A stretch of DNA of 64,000 bases. Source: an uncultured Bacillales bacterium. Its GTDB lineage: Bacteria > Bacillota_I > Bacilli_A > RF39 > UBA660. A model generated the notes under the pieces. It saw only the letters and a program-made list of their open reading frames with translations, did not search any database and was not told the DNA's origin. Every line of letters starts with the position of its first letter. The first letter of the stretch is position 1. Positions 43,972 to 54,041 of this stretch are shown piece by piece. The translations under genes were made by a program, and so were the position numbers. Location: the NCBI GenBank assembly GCA_946611235.1, contig CAMODE010000041.1, positions 8,316 through 72,315 of the forward strand, given 5' to 3'.

Positions 43972-44064
43972 ACTCATAAACTATTTACTTTTACCAGTAT
44001 AATACCTGAAGAATTTAATAATATAATAAAATAAGATATCATTGATACCTTATTTTTTATTTAT
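43972..44064. repeat. Direct repeat copy 2 (orphan rluA-family 3' end + terminator)
   Basis: Encodes ITHKLFTFTSIIPEEFNNIIK-stop with synonymous differences from copy 1. No upstream gene body. Confidence 0.9.
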
Positions 44065-44310
44065 CATATTCATCATATCTTTAACTACAAGCATTGCTTC
44101 ATTAAAGACACTCTTATCTTCAATCTCTTCTAGATAATCATAACCATCTTTATCTTTATTAATATAAGCAATATTAAGAGAATCATCATCTCTATCAAAA
44201 GCATTAATCGTAAATACAGCAATTTCTCTATCACTATTATCTAGTTTAAATATTGATAAAATATTACCTAACTTAAATTCATTCTTTTCATTAACAATAT
44301 CAAATTCCAT
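44050..44310 (-). CDS. DUF1292 (UPF0473/YrzB-like) protein
   Basis: 86 aa, acidic, with an EIAVFTI...DDSLNIAYINKDKDGYDYLEEIEDKSVFNEA pattern. Confidence 0.65.
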   Translation of the reverse strand: MEFDIVNEKNEFKLGNILSIFKLDNSDREIAVFTINAFDRDDDSLNIAYINKDKDGYDYLEEIEDKSVFNEAMLVVKDMMNMINKK

Positions 44311-44319
44311 AATAAACTC

Positions 44320-44676
44320 CTAATGAAGAATACCTTTTATAATAAGAAACGTGATAAAGGAAAAACAAACTATACCAAGAGTAATAATAATAGAAATCAA
44401 AGTAAAACCAGCATTAGCTTTCATATCTTCTAATCTTTTTACTCTAGCAAGTTCTATTTTTCTCTCTCTAATAATATTAAGAACATTACTAACTACTCTT
44501 TCAAAATCTAACTTATCAGAAACAGTTTTAAGTCTTTCTCTAAGAAGAGAAAATACCTCTAATAAGTTTTTATTTATATCTTTAGAAATACTAGCAACAT
44601 TAGTTTTCTCTTCATTAATTCTTTGTATATGATTAGGTCTAAACTTTGTCTTTCTATTAATAATAGTATAGTTCAT
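44320..44676 (-). CDS. Hypothetical tail-anchored membrane protein
   Basis: 118 aa: a helical N-terminal part, then NAGFTLISIIITLGIVCFSFITFLIIKGILH at the C-terminus. Confidence 0.5.
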   Translation of the reverse strand: MNYTIINRKTKFRPNHIQRINEEKTNVASISKDINKNLLEVFSLLRERLKTVSDKLDFERVVSNVLNIIRERKIELARVKRLEDMKANAGFTLISIIITLGIVCFSFITFLIIKGILH

Positions 44677-44681
44677 TTAAA

Positions 44682-46730
44682 TCACCTCCACTTAATAATT
44701 ACAATTCCAAGTATAACACTAAATATCATTATTGCAATAACAAATAATATAATATATATAATACTTATAAAGCCTCTCCTTTTATTTGTTTTAGTAAAAA
44801 TATCAAATATTTTAGAGACATTTGACGTATTTAATGATTCCAATTCTTCTCGCCCTTGTAATTCTTTAATTTCCTCTAGAGTATGATAGTTAGATTTATA
44901 AAAAATTTCTTTGCACTCCTTTGGTAATGTTACTCCTTTTAGAGTTTTTAGCTTCCCTAAATATAAAGTTTCTCCTATGATTTCGGGTAATATTAAACCA
45001 TAAGCTGTTCTTAACCCATTTAAAGCTAAATCCTTTCCTATTTTATGAGGTAATATCAAGCCTTCGGCCGTTGTTAATCCATTTAAGTATAAAAATTCTA
45101 TATTTGGAGGTAAGATTAAGCCTTCGGCTGTTGTTAATCCATTTAAGTATAAAATTTTTATATTTGGAGGTAAGATTAAGCCTTCGGCCGTTGTTAATCC
45201 ATTTAAATATAAAATTTTTATATTTGAAGGTAAGTTAAGTTCGTTTGCCTGTTTGAGATTTTCTAGACTTACAGTACCATATATAATTTCAGGAAATTTT
45301 AAGCCATTTAATTTAGTTATTTTTAGTGATAAGTCTCCTCTTAACCATTTCGATGGAAGTTTCCAATTACCAATATGCTTTAATTTTGAATCATCAATAT
45401 CTCCAATATAGTAAATCAAATCTCTTTTTAAATCTTCTTCAGTTATTCCTAATTCTTCTTCATTTATATTATATATTTTTGCTAAATCTTCTTTAATATT
45501 TCTTTTATCAAGTATTTCTTTTATTCTCGGATCTTTTTGATATCCAAAACCTATTATATTTTCATCTATTTCATATAAAAATCTTAGTTCTTCAATAGTT
45601 AACTCTCTATCTTTATAATTATCATATATTTCCGTAAGTTTTTTCATATCACTTACTTTCTTTTTATATAAAGATGCATCTGGAAATTCTTTCAATTTTT
45701 CTTCAAGTACTTTTTCCATATTAGATTCGATATTTTGACTTTGAGCCACTCCTCTTATTTCTCCAATTGAATTCTTATTCATTCTAATTGCTATTCTAGG
45801 AATTTTATATTCACCATCTTCATTCTTTGTATAAAAGACATAAAAATCTCCACCTTTATATGATTTACCTCCACATATTTGACTTTTAGCGGTTTCTCTA
45901 CTACCAGCAGTACACCATCCTGTATTATAACCTTGTAAATCATTATATAATTTTAAATATTCTGGTTCCTTGCCATCTTTTAATTTTCTTTCAGCTTCTT
46001 CTTCAGTTTCATAATTATACTTAACCCATATACCGTTATTGCTTACTACTCTTATCGTTTTTTTATTAGCTAGTAATGTTCCGTATAATTTTGGGAAACT
46101 ACCAGATGAAACCAATTTTTTTATTTCATCATCAGTAATGTCTTCCTTATTAAATACTTCTTGTATGTATTCTACGCATTTACCTAATAACTCTGAATCT
46201 AAACTTACAAAAGGATTAACATTAGATTCACTTCTTCTCCCATAGCCATCTTTAGCTTTATTTAAATTACCTATACTAAGCATTCCTTGAAAGGCCCATA
46301 CTTTTGCCCACATAGGAAGATAATCAGAGTCTCTACTTAGAAAATAATCAAGCCATGAATCTAAACTATCTTTTTGTTCTCTAATTATTGTATTAATATG
46401 TTCTTCTTTGGTTTTTTTATCTTTATCACTAGTAGGATTGACTAAATTATGATGTCCATGTCCTTCATCAAGATACTGCTTAGACAATGTTTCAAAATAA
46501 CTATCAGGTATATTTTCTTTTTTAATAATATATCTATCATAATATAGTTCTTTTAATCTTCTAATATTTTCTTCTTTAGATAATACTTTATTTTGTACTC
46601 TATCTAATTTATCTAGATATTTATTAAGTCTTTCTTTTTTAGTTTTTAAATCAGGTTTATCATCAAAGCTAATAATTTCAGAATCAATTAATATATCATA
46701 TAATTTACTTAAAAACTTATCCTCACTCAT
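44682..46730 (-). CDS. Tail-anchored protein with leucine-rich repeats (20-aa period)
   Basis: LNGLTTAEGLILPPNIKILY x3 plus degenerate flanking copies. C-terminal TM RRGFISIIYIILFVIAIMIFSVILGIVIIKWR. GGTGGA RBS before ATG at 46730. Confidence 0.7.
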   Translation of the reverse strand: MSEDKFLSKLYDILIDSEIISFDDKPDLKTKKERLNKYLDKLDRVQNKVLSKEENIRRLKELYYDRYIIKKENIPDSYFETLSKQYLDEGHGHHNLVNPTSDKDKKTKEEHINTIIREQKDSLDSWLDYFLSRDSDYLPMWAKVWAFQGMLSIGNLNKAKDGYGRRSESNVNPFVSLDSELLGKCVEYIQEVFNKEDITDDEIKKLVSSGSFPKLYGTLLANKKTIRVVSNNGIWVKYNYETEEEAERKLKDGKEPEYLKLYNDLQGYNTGWCTAGSRETAKSQICGGKSYKGGDFYVFYTKNEDGEYKIPRIAIRMNKNSIGEIRGVAQSQNIESNMEKVLEEKLKEFPDASLYKKKVSDMKKLTEIYDNYKDRELTIEELRFLYEIDENIIGFGYQKDPRIKEILDKRNIKEDLAKIYNINEEELGITEEDLKRDLIYYIGDIDDSKLKHIGNWKLPSKWLRGDLSLKITKLNGLKFPEIIYGTVSLENLKQANELNLPSNIKILYLNGLTTAEGLILPPNIKILYLNGLTTAEGLILPPNIEFLYLNGLTTAEGLILPHKIGKDLALNGLRTAYGLILPEIIGETLYLGKLKTLKGVTLPKECKEIFYKSNYHTLEEIKELQGREELESLNTSNVSKIFDIFTKTNKRRGFISIIYIILFVIAIMIFSVILGIVIIKWR
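45058..45237. repeat. 60-bp tandem repeat x3 (near-identical) encoding the LRR units
   Basis: CCTTCGGC(C/T)GTTGTTAATCCATTTAA recurs at 45061, 45121 and 45181, with only a few substitutions per unit. Confidence 0.9.
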
Positions 46731-46738
46731 ATATCCAC

Positions 46739-49072
46739 CTACTTCCATTTAAAGTTTCTTATTTCTTCCGTATCAATACCATATTCTTTAATATATTCTT
46801 CATGATATTTTAATTTATCTTTCATAAGTTTAATTATTTTTTTACCTTCTTCTTTTTCTGCTATATCCAAATGTTTAATAATATCAATAACAATATGATA
46901 TCTATCTATTTCATTTTTAACTCGCATATCAAAAGGTGTTGTAATTGTACCCTCTTCCATATATCCATGAACTGAAATATTTTTATTAAATCTCTCATAA
47001 GTAAATTCATGAATAAGTGTTGGATAACCATGATAATTAAATATTATAGGTTTATCCTTGGTAAACAAATTATTATATTCCATATTAGTAAGTCCATGAG
47101 GATGTCTTGTACTAGGCTCAAGTTTCATCAAATCAACAATATTAATAAATCTAACTCTTACACTAGGAAGATATTCTCTAAGTAGTTGTACCGCTGCCAT
47201 ATTCTCGAGTGTTGGTGCTTCACCAATAGACACTAGTACTACATCTACTCCCTTTTCATCATTAGATGCAAACTCCCATTTACTAATACCTTTAGCACAG
47301 TGCTCTTTTGCCTCTTCAATTGTAAGCCACTGTGGTCTCATATGTTTAGAGGCTACGATTACATTAATATAATTCTTTGTCTTAATAACATGATCAAAAC
47401 ATGATAAAAGACAGTTACTATCTGGTGGTAAATATACTCTTACAATATCAGCTTTCTTATTAGCTAAATGATCAATAAAACCAGGATCTTGATGTGTATA
47501 TCCATTATGATCTTGTTGCCATACATTCGAAGTAAGGACATAATTGAGTGATGCAATATCTTTTCTCCAATTAATTTCATTACACATTTTAAGCCATTTA
47601 GCATGCTGACTAGCCATTGAATCCACTATTCGAATAAAAGCCTCATAACTAGCAAAGAATCCATGTCTACCAGTTAATAAGTATCCTTCGAGCCATCCTT
47701 CACAAGTATGTTCACTAAGGTATGAATCCATTATTCTACCATCACAAGATAAATATTCATCAGTACTCTTTTTATTTAAATACCAACTCCTATTATCTAT
47801 ATCAAAAACATGATTAAGTCTATTACTCATTGTTTCATCAGGACCAAATACTCTAAAATTATCTGGGTTATTCTTAATAATATCCCTAATAAATTCTCCT
47901 AGTACTCTCATATCTTCTTTCTCGATCATACCCTTTTCTTTAACATCGACAGCATATTTATCAATACTAGGTACTTTAAGTTCTTTAAGAAGAACACCTC
48001 CATTAGCATTCGGATTATCTCCCATAGTACTATAAGGAACTAACTTTTTAATATATTCTTTAATCTTACCATTATCATCAAATAATTCTTCAGGTTTATA
48101 ACTCTTAAGCCATCTTTCTAATAATTTTAAATCATCTTCTGTATTCAAATTAAATGGTACTTGATGACTTCTAAAAGTACCTTCTATTTTCTTATTATCA
48201 TATTCCTTAGGACCGGTCCATCCTTTCGGAGTTCTAAGTATAATCATCGGATAAAAAACTCTCTTAACTATACCCTTAACTCTAGCATCATACCATATCT
48301 TTTTAATATCACTAACTACTTTATCTAAAGTACTAGCCATCTTCTTATGCATTTCTATCGGATCAGAACCCTCTAGATAATATACCTTATAGCCAAGTCC
48401 ATAGAATAAAGAACCTAGTTCTTCTTTACTAATTCTCGATAATACTGTAGGATTACTAATCTTATAACCATTTAAATGAAGAATAGGAAGAACAATTCCA
48501 TCTCTTTTAGGATTAATAAATTTATTCGAATTTAAACTTGTAAGAAGTGGCCCCGTCTCAGCTTCCCCATCTCCTATTACAGTAGCAGCTATTAAAGTAG
48601 GATTATCCAGTATAGCTCCATAAGCATGACTTACACTATAACCAAGTTCTCCCCCCTCATTAATACTACCAGGAGTCTCTGGAGCAGCATGCGAAGGTAT
48701 TCCCCCAGGAAAAGAAAACTGTTTAAATAATTTTTTAAGTCCATCTATATCTTCTGTTACTTCAGGATAATACTTTGTATAAGTACCCTCAATATAAGTA
48801 TTAGCAACAACTGAATTACCACCATGACCAGGTCCAGATATATAAATCATATTAAGATCATTATTCTTAATAATTCTATTTAAATGCGTATATATAAAAT
48901 TCTGACCAGGTACGGTACCCCAATGACCCACTATTTTCTTCTTAACATGTTCCCATTTTAAAGGTTCTTTTAAAAGAGGATTATCAAGTAAATATAACTG
49001 CCCAACAGATAAATAATTAGCCAGTCTAAAATAAGCATCTAATTCCTTAATCTCTTTATTACTAATCTTCAT
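46739..49072 (-). CDS. xfp: Phosphoketolase (xylulose-5-P/fructose-6-P)
   Basis: [33 protein letters not shown] and EGGELGY motifs. 777 aa. Confidence 0.93.
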   Translation of the reverse strand: MKISNKEIKELDAYFRLANYLSVGQLYLLDNPLLKEPLKWEHVKKKIVGHWGTVPGQNFIYTHLNRIIKNNDLNMIYISGPGHGGNSVVANTYIEGTYTKYYPEVTEDIDGLKKLFKQFSFPGGIPSHAAPETPGSINEGGELGYSVSHAYGAILDNPTLIAATVIGDGEAETGPLLTSLNSNKFINPKRDGIVLPILHLNGYKISNPTVLSRISKEELGSLFYGLGYKVYYLEGSDPIEMHKKMASTLDKVVSDIKKIWYDARVKGIVKRVFYPMIILRTPKGWTGPKEYDNKKIEGTFRSHQVPFNLNTEDDLKLLERWLKSYKPEELFDDNGKIKEYIKKLVPYSTMGDNPNANGGVLLKELKVPSIDKYAVDVKEKGMIEKEDMRVLGEFIRDIIKNNPDNFRVFGPDETMSNRLNHVFDIDNRSWYLNKKSTDEYLSCDGRIMDSYLSEHTCEGWLEGYLLTGRHGFFASYEAFIRIVDSMASQHAKWLKMCNEINWRKDIASLNYVLTSNVWQQDHNGYTHQDPGFIDHLANKKADIVRVYLPPDSNCLLSCFDHVIKTKNYINVIVASKHMRPQWLTIEEAKEHCAKGISKWEFASNDEKGVDVVLVSIGEAPTLENMAAVQLLREYLPSVRVRFINIVDLMKLEPSTRHPHGLTNMEYNNLFTKDKPIIFNYHGYPTLIHEFTYERFNKNISVHGYMEEGTITTPFDMRVKNEIDRYHIVIDIIKHLDIAEKEEGKKIIKLMKDKLKYHEEYIKEYGIDTEEIRNFKWK

Positions 49073-49181
49073 TTATATCCCTCTATTCCTATCATAATAA
49101 GTATAACATAATTATTTCAAAAATAATAGTTTTTTTACATCTTTTATGCTATAATATTCCATATAGAAAGAAGGAGTTCAA

Positions 49182-50423
49182 ATGAAAATAATTGAGTTAA
49201 CCGAAGTACAATATAAAAACTATTCCAAATTACATAGTGCTAGAAATTATATGCAATCAGTAGAATTTGCTAATTTAAAAAAAGAGTATCAAAGATACTA
49301 TTTAGGTTTTTTTAACGAAAGTGATAATACCCTAATGGCTGCTACCCTTCTTTTAGAAAAAAATATTGGTCCATTAAAAATAGGCTATGTACCAGGTAGT
49401 TTTCTAGTAGATTATGATAATGAAACATTATTTAAAGATTTTATAAATACACTAAAAGAATATCTAAAACAAAAAAAATATGTATATTTAACTACAGATA
49501 ACCAAGTAACATATAAAATACTAAATAAATCTGGAGAAGTATTATATTTTGATACTAACTTAATAAAAATATTAGATGAATTATCTTTTGTTAAGAAAAG
49601 AAAAAAATCTAATTTAAAAGTAGTTTTAGAAACGGAAAAAACTCCTAATGAAACTTTTAAATTATTTAATTCCAATACTCGAAGAAATATTAATCTATCA
49701 TTAGAAAGAGCCATATATATCTTTAAAGATGATAGCAATAATCCCGAACTACTTCTTAATCTTACTAATAATTTCAATGCTGATAAAGTAAAGAATATCT
49801 TAAATAATTTTAAAGGTGATAATAAAGCTGAAATATATTTTGCTAAAATAGATCCAGAAAAATATATCAATAATTATAGGTTTTTATTAAAAGAAGAAGA
49901 AGAAAATAATGATAAATTAAATCAAATTATGCAAGATATTACTATTGTTAAAACAAATGAATTCATTAATAAAAAAATGAATTCTGATAGATTAATAACA
50001 AGATATAATAATGAAATAATAAGAGCTACTAATCTATATACTAAATATCCAAAAGGAGTAGTCGCAGGAGCTATCCTCATCATTAAAAATAATAGAGAAA
50101 TCTATTTTCTAGATGAAGGAAGAAATAAAGACTTTGATGACTTCTATTCATCACATCTACTTAAATGGGAAATAATTAAAAAATATTTAAATGAAGGATA
50201 TAAAATATTTAATCTAGGTTCCATTAAATCTATGGATAAAACAGATAATAAGTATAACTTTAAAATTGGTTTTGGTGGTAAAGTATATGAAACCGTTGGT
50301 ACTTATGACTTAGTAATAAATAAATGGTTATACCCTATTGTCAAAATATTATATCTAATTACTACTAAACTAAAAAACATACATATTCCAAAACTAAATA
50401 TTAAAAAGAGTAAGAAAAAATAA
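49182..50423 (+). CDS. FemAB-family peptidoglycan interpeptide bridge aminoacyltransferase
   Basis: 413 aa. N-terminal YMQSVEFANLKKE.., a central coiled-coil insert and a C-terminal GNAT-like half, as in FemX/FemA. Confidence 0.7.
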   Translation: MKIIELTEVQYKNYSKLHSARNYMQSVEFANLKKEYQRYYLGFFNESDNTLMAATLLLEKNIGPLKIGYVPGSFLVDYDNETLFKDFINTLKEYLKQKKYVYLTTDNQVTYKILNKSGEVLYFDTNLIKILDELSFVKKRKKSNLKVVLETEKTPNETFKLFNSNTRRNINLSLERAIYIFKDDSNNPELLLNLTNNFNADKVKNILNNFKGDNKAEIYFAKIDPEKYINNYRFLLKEEEENNDKLNQIMQDITIVKTNEFINKKMNSDRLITRYNNEIIRATNLYTKYPKGVVAGAILIIKNNREIYFLDEGRNKDFDDFYSSHLLKWEIIKKYLNEGYKIFNLGSIKSMDKTDNKYNFKIGFGGKVYETVGTYDLVINKWLYPIVKILYLITTKLKNIHIPKLNIKKSKKK

Positions 50424-50441
50424 CTATCTTACTCTTTTAAT

Positions 50442-52343
50442 TTATCTTACCAGTTTTCTTAATTTGTTTTTATTTACATTCTGTAACATTACTCTATCAC
50501 ATTCTCCGTTATTAATAAGATTAGAAATAATCGTATCCATAGTATAGTGAAAATCTTCAGGATAAAATGGTGTTCTATTTTTATATATCAATCTAATGGT
50601 ATCTTGCTCTTTTATTGCTAAACTCATATTACAACAATAATAATATGCCTGTCGTGACTTCGTAAGTTCTTTACTAATATAAGGCATAAGTAATTCTGAT
50701 AATTTATATCTACTTTTTAATATCCACGAATTTTCATAATCATCAAATATAATTATATCATTAGTTTTATTCGAACTCAGTAACCTTAATTTGTCATAAT
50801 TTTCTATTTTTCTAAGCGAACCAGGAAGAATCAAAGCCTTATCTTTTAGAATTCTTCTAAGTTTGCTCATATTAAAAATATTATTATTAAATTGTAATTC
50901 TTCAATTCCGTCAGGTAATATATATTCCTTATTTAATCCCAACTTTTCTTCTCTATCTCTCATAATTTTGTATAATCTATATTGAGGATTATAACCTTTT
51001 ACAAGACCAAAACCTAAATATGTCAATTCATATATTGTCTTTAATGAAACATAAGTACTAAGTTTTAAAAGAGATTCATTATTCATAACATGAGGGTCAT
51101 TAGACATATTAATAAAATAATTACTTTTAACCCTTGCATTAGAGAGCATTTCACTAAATCCGTTTTCTCTATCAAAAGCAAGTATTAACTTTAGTCTTTC
51201 ATTTTCATACCAATCACACTCTATCATAACATTAGGTATTTTCTTAAAATTAGTTATTGCTTCATTCTTTTCTCCAAAAATATTATTAAATATCTCATTA
51301 TTACCATTTATGATATCATTATATTTTCTCTCTACTATTTGCTTATAATATTCATATCCCCTATCACTCTCGTTAATAAGAGTTTCTTCTAAACTACCAA
51401 TATCACAAGTAAGTATCTTAAATTTAGTTTCATATAAGTCATTAAACGTTTCTTTGGTAATAATATTTCTTCCATATTTATAGTAGAAATAGTATTTAGT
51501 CTCTATTGACTCTATTTGTTTAAGTAAACCGTCTTTATTTTTTTTATTATAATCAAATTGTTTAATATCATCTAATTCTTTAATAATTAAATTTACATCA
51601 TCTTTATGATTAAATACATATTTTTCCAATTCTATTTCTAAATAAGCAATTATTCCTATATCCTCCATTGTACTATCTGATACATCATCTAGTACTTCAG
51701 GTATATATATTCTAGCATCATTAAATACTTCTTTCTTATTCTTTTGTATTGTTATATTAATCATATATTCATCACAAATACTATTATTTAATATATTATT
51801 AAATCTAGTCATACATAGTTTAGTTCTCATTGAAGCAGAATACAATGAAGTTCTATTAACTACTATACTACTAATAAAAGAATCCATTTCATTAGATATT
51901 AATCTCTTTTTTTTTGGTAATAATAATTTTTCTTTTCTTATCTCATTTAAGGCAATTAATCTTAATACCATTTCATCATATATATCACTTATCTTAGTAT
52001 ATAGTATATACATCTTTAACATTTCTATTTTTAAATTATAATATAAATCATTATTATCTATTTTATTAATAGTAGAATTCCTAAGTAAATGATTTAATAG
52101 TAACTGCTGATAAATAATATAATCACCAAATAATTCTTTTTTAGATATATCAAGTAAATATTTATTACTCTTAAGTTTACTTAAATACTCTTCCTTATAA
52201 CTATTTAATAATTCTATCTTATCTTCAGACAAATTATTTCTATTAGGAATTTCATAGTATGAGACTACTTCTTTATTCTTATTATTCCTTTTAAATATTT
52301 TATTAATAAAATTAGATATAAATTTAGGCATCCTTATATTCAT
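50442..52343 (-). CDS. Hypothetical 633-aa protein
   Basis: Long ORF with no motif recognised. Part of an accessory segment between the FemAB-family gene and smc. Confidence 0.55.
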   Translation of the reverse strand: MNIRMPKFISNFINKIFKRNNKNKEVVSYYEIPNRNNLSEDKIELLNSYKEEYLSKLKSNKYLLDISKKELFGDYIIYQQLLLNHLLRNSTINKIDNNDLYYNLKIEMLKMYILYTKISDIYDEMVLRLIALNEIRKEKLLLPKKKRLISNEMDSFISSIVVNRTSLYSASMRTKLCMTRFNNILNNSICDEYMINITIQKNKKEVFNDARIYIPEVLDDVSDSTMEDIGIIAYLEIELEKYVFNHKDDVNLIIKELDDIKQFDYNKKNKDGLLKQIESIETKYYFYYKYGRNIITKETFNDLYETKFKILTCDIGSLEETLINESDRGYEYYKQIVERKYNDIINGNNEIFNNIFGEKNEAITNFKKIPNVMIECDWYENERLKLILAFDRENGFSEMLSNARVKSNYFINMSNDPHVMNNESLLKLSTYVSLKTIYELTYLGFGLVKGYNPQYRLYKIMRDREEKLGLNKEYILPDGIEELQFNNNIFNMSKLRRILKDKALILPGSLRKIENYDKLRLLSSNKTNDIIIFDDYENSWILKSRYKLSELLMPYISKELTKSRQAYYYCCNMSLAIKEQDTIRLIYKNRTPFYPEDFHYTMDTIISNLINNGECDRVMLQNVNKNKLRKLVR

Positions 52344-52421
52344 TATATCCCCCTCATGTGCCTAATATCATACAATAGTTTCATTATTTAGTCAAGAAAA
52401 AATAATTAGTATGTTGACTAA

Positions 52422-52982
52422 TTATTTTTTTATTCTTCTTTTTACTAATTCATATGTTTCTTCTTTAGTACTAAATACATTATTATCTCTATCATAATAC
52501 TTATTTAGCATAATATTAGTTATACTATCTAGATACCCTTTTAAATACCTATCATTATCTATTCTTTTAAGAAAATCTAATACTTCACTGTAACTATAAT
52601 AATCTAATCTAGTATCAAAAGAAACTCTATAATATATAAATGAATTACTCATAATATGATGAAGATCAGAGTCTTCTTTTGATATAAAAGCATCTATTCT
52701 TTTAATATTATTCTCTCTATATATTCTCCATATATCAAAATTTATATTAGTAATATATTCATTAAGACTTTTATTAAATAAATAATTATTTATTCTAATA
52801 ATAATTCTTTGGTATTCTTCTGGTACATTAAATCTATTAAATACTTCAGAAGAGACTATATTCTCTTTCCAATATGCCTCTACCCAGTTATCATTAAAAC
52901 CAGATTCTTTTTCTTTTACATATAATGCTTGTATAACTGTATTTGACGGTACTAATAAATATTTTGCTTTCCCTTCTTTCAT
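52422..52982 (-). CDS. Hypothetical ~186-aa protein
   Basis: AGGAGG RBS 10 nt before ATG at 52982 (the ORF track extends to 53036). Lies 19 nt after the RhuM-family stop. Confidence 0.5.
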   Translation of the reverse strand: MKEGKAKYLLVPSNTVIQALYVKEKESGFNDNWVEAYWKENIVSSEVFNRFNVPEEYQRIIIRINNYLFNKSLNEYITNINFDIWRIYRENNIKRIDAFISKEDSDLHHIMSNSFIYYRVSFDTRLDYYSYSEVLDFLKRIDNDRYLKGYLDSITNIMLNKYYDRDNNVFSTKEETYELVKRRIKK

Positions 52983-53001
52983 TATAACCATTCCTCCTAT
53001 T

Positions 53002-54015
53002 TTAATTACTTGATTCTTGATTTTTTGTAAATTCAATTAACTCATCAAAGTCAGATAAATAATTTTGATCTTGTTTTATTCTATATTTTTCATATTCTGA
53101 TAGCGCTAAAGAATCTGCAATTTCTCTTTTAATTTTTCCATTATCTTGTAAAATGTTGTACTCATTTAATTTTAGAAATAATTCTAATTTTTCTTTCCAT
53201 TCTTTCATTGAAATTATATGGCCTAATTTAACTTGTCTTTCAGCATAATCTAAATACATTGATACTAAATTATTTAATTCAGTTATTTCTTCTTTATCTA
53301 GGTAATTTTTAGCTACAACTACATCGCTTTCTAATATTTTACCTTTAGGAGCATTTTTCCAAGTTTGTAACCCCATATTATACTTATTAGAATCTACTCT
53401 ATTATAAATTATTTCTGATGCAGTCATTCCTGTTATAGCAAAGTGGAGCTTATTCTGAACATTTTTATAAAATTCAATAGTTGTTTCACTATTTTTATCA
53501 TAATCATAACTACATTCTTTATATATGTCGGTAATTTTTTGATAGAATCTTCTTTCGCTTGCTCTAATTTCTTTTATTTTTAATAATAATTCATCAAAAT
53601 AATCTTTGCCAAATTTATGGCCATTTTTAAGTAATTCTGTATTTACAACAAACCCTTTTTTTATATATTCTTTAAGGGTATTAGTAGCCCATTTTCTAAA
53701 TTGTGTAGCTTCAAAGCTGTTAACTCTATAGCCAACTGCTATTATAGCATCTAAACTATAAAAACTAGTATTGTACTTTTTTCCATCGCTAGCAGTTATT
53801 CGAATTTTTCGAATAACTGAATCCTCTTCAAGTTCGCCACTATCAAATATCTCTTTCAAATGATAGTTTATGGTATTAACCTTAACCGAAAACAATTCAG
53901 CCATAGTCTTTTGTGTTAACCAAAAATCTTCACTATCATACAATACTTCTACTATTTTATTACCATTTTCATTTTGGTATAAAACAATATTATTTAAATT
54001 AGCAACTGTATTCAT
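53002..54015 (-). CDS. RhuM family virulence/DNA-binding protein
   Basis: Contains VLYQNENGNKIVEVLYDSEDFWLTQKTMAELF...TINYHLKEIF...YSLDAIIAVGYRVNSFEATQFRKWAT, the typical RhuM N-terminus. Confidence 0.8.
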   Translation of the reverse strand: MNTVANLNNIVLYQNENGNKIVEVLYDSEDFWLTQKTMAELFSVKVNTINYHLKEIFDSGELEEDSVIRKIRITASDGKKYNTSFYSLDAIIAVGYRVNSFEATQFRKWATNTLKEYIKKGFVVNTELLKNGHKFGKDYFDELLLKIKEIRASERRFYQKITDIYKECSYDYDKNSETTIEFYKNVQNKLHFAITGMTASEIIYNRVDSNKYNMGLQTWKNAPKGKILESDVVVAKNYLDKEEITELNNLVSMYLDYAERQVKLGHIISMKEWKEKLELFLKLNEYNILQDNGKIKREIADSLALSEYEKYRIKQDQNYLSDFDELIEFTKNQESSN

Positions 54016-54041
54016 ACCTTAACTCCCTCTCTTTTTCTTAA

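Noticed and set aside
44320-44421. Reading NAGFTLISIIITL as a genuine prepilin cleavage site
   Set aside because: The motif sits about 90 residues from the N-terminus and Glu5 is replaced by Ser. Nothing follows the hydrophobic helix, so it cannot be a pilin. It is kept only as a shared C-terminal tail observation.
49412-49870. 152-aa minus-strand ORF inside the FemAB-family gene
   Set aside because: Antisense artefact. The plus-strand frame is 413 codons with a good RBS (GAAGGAG).
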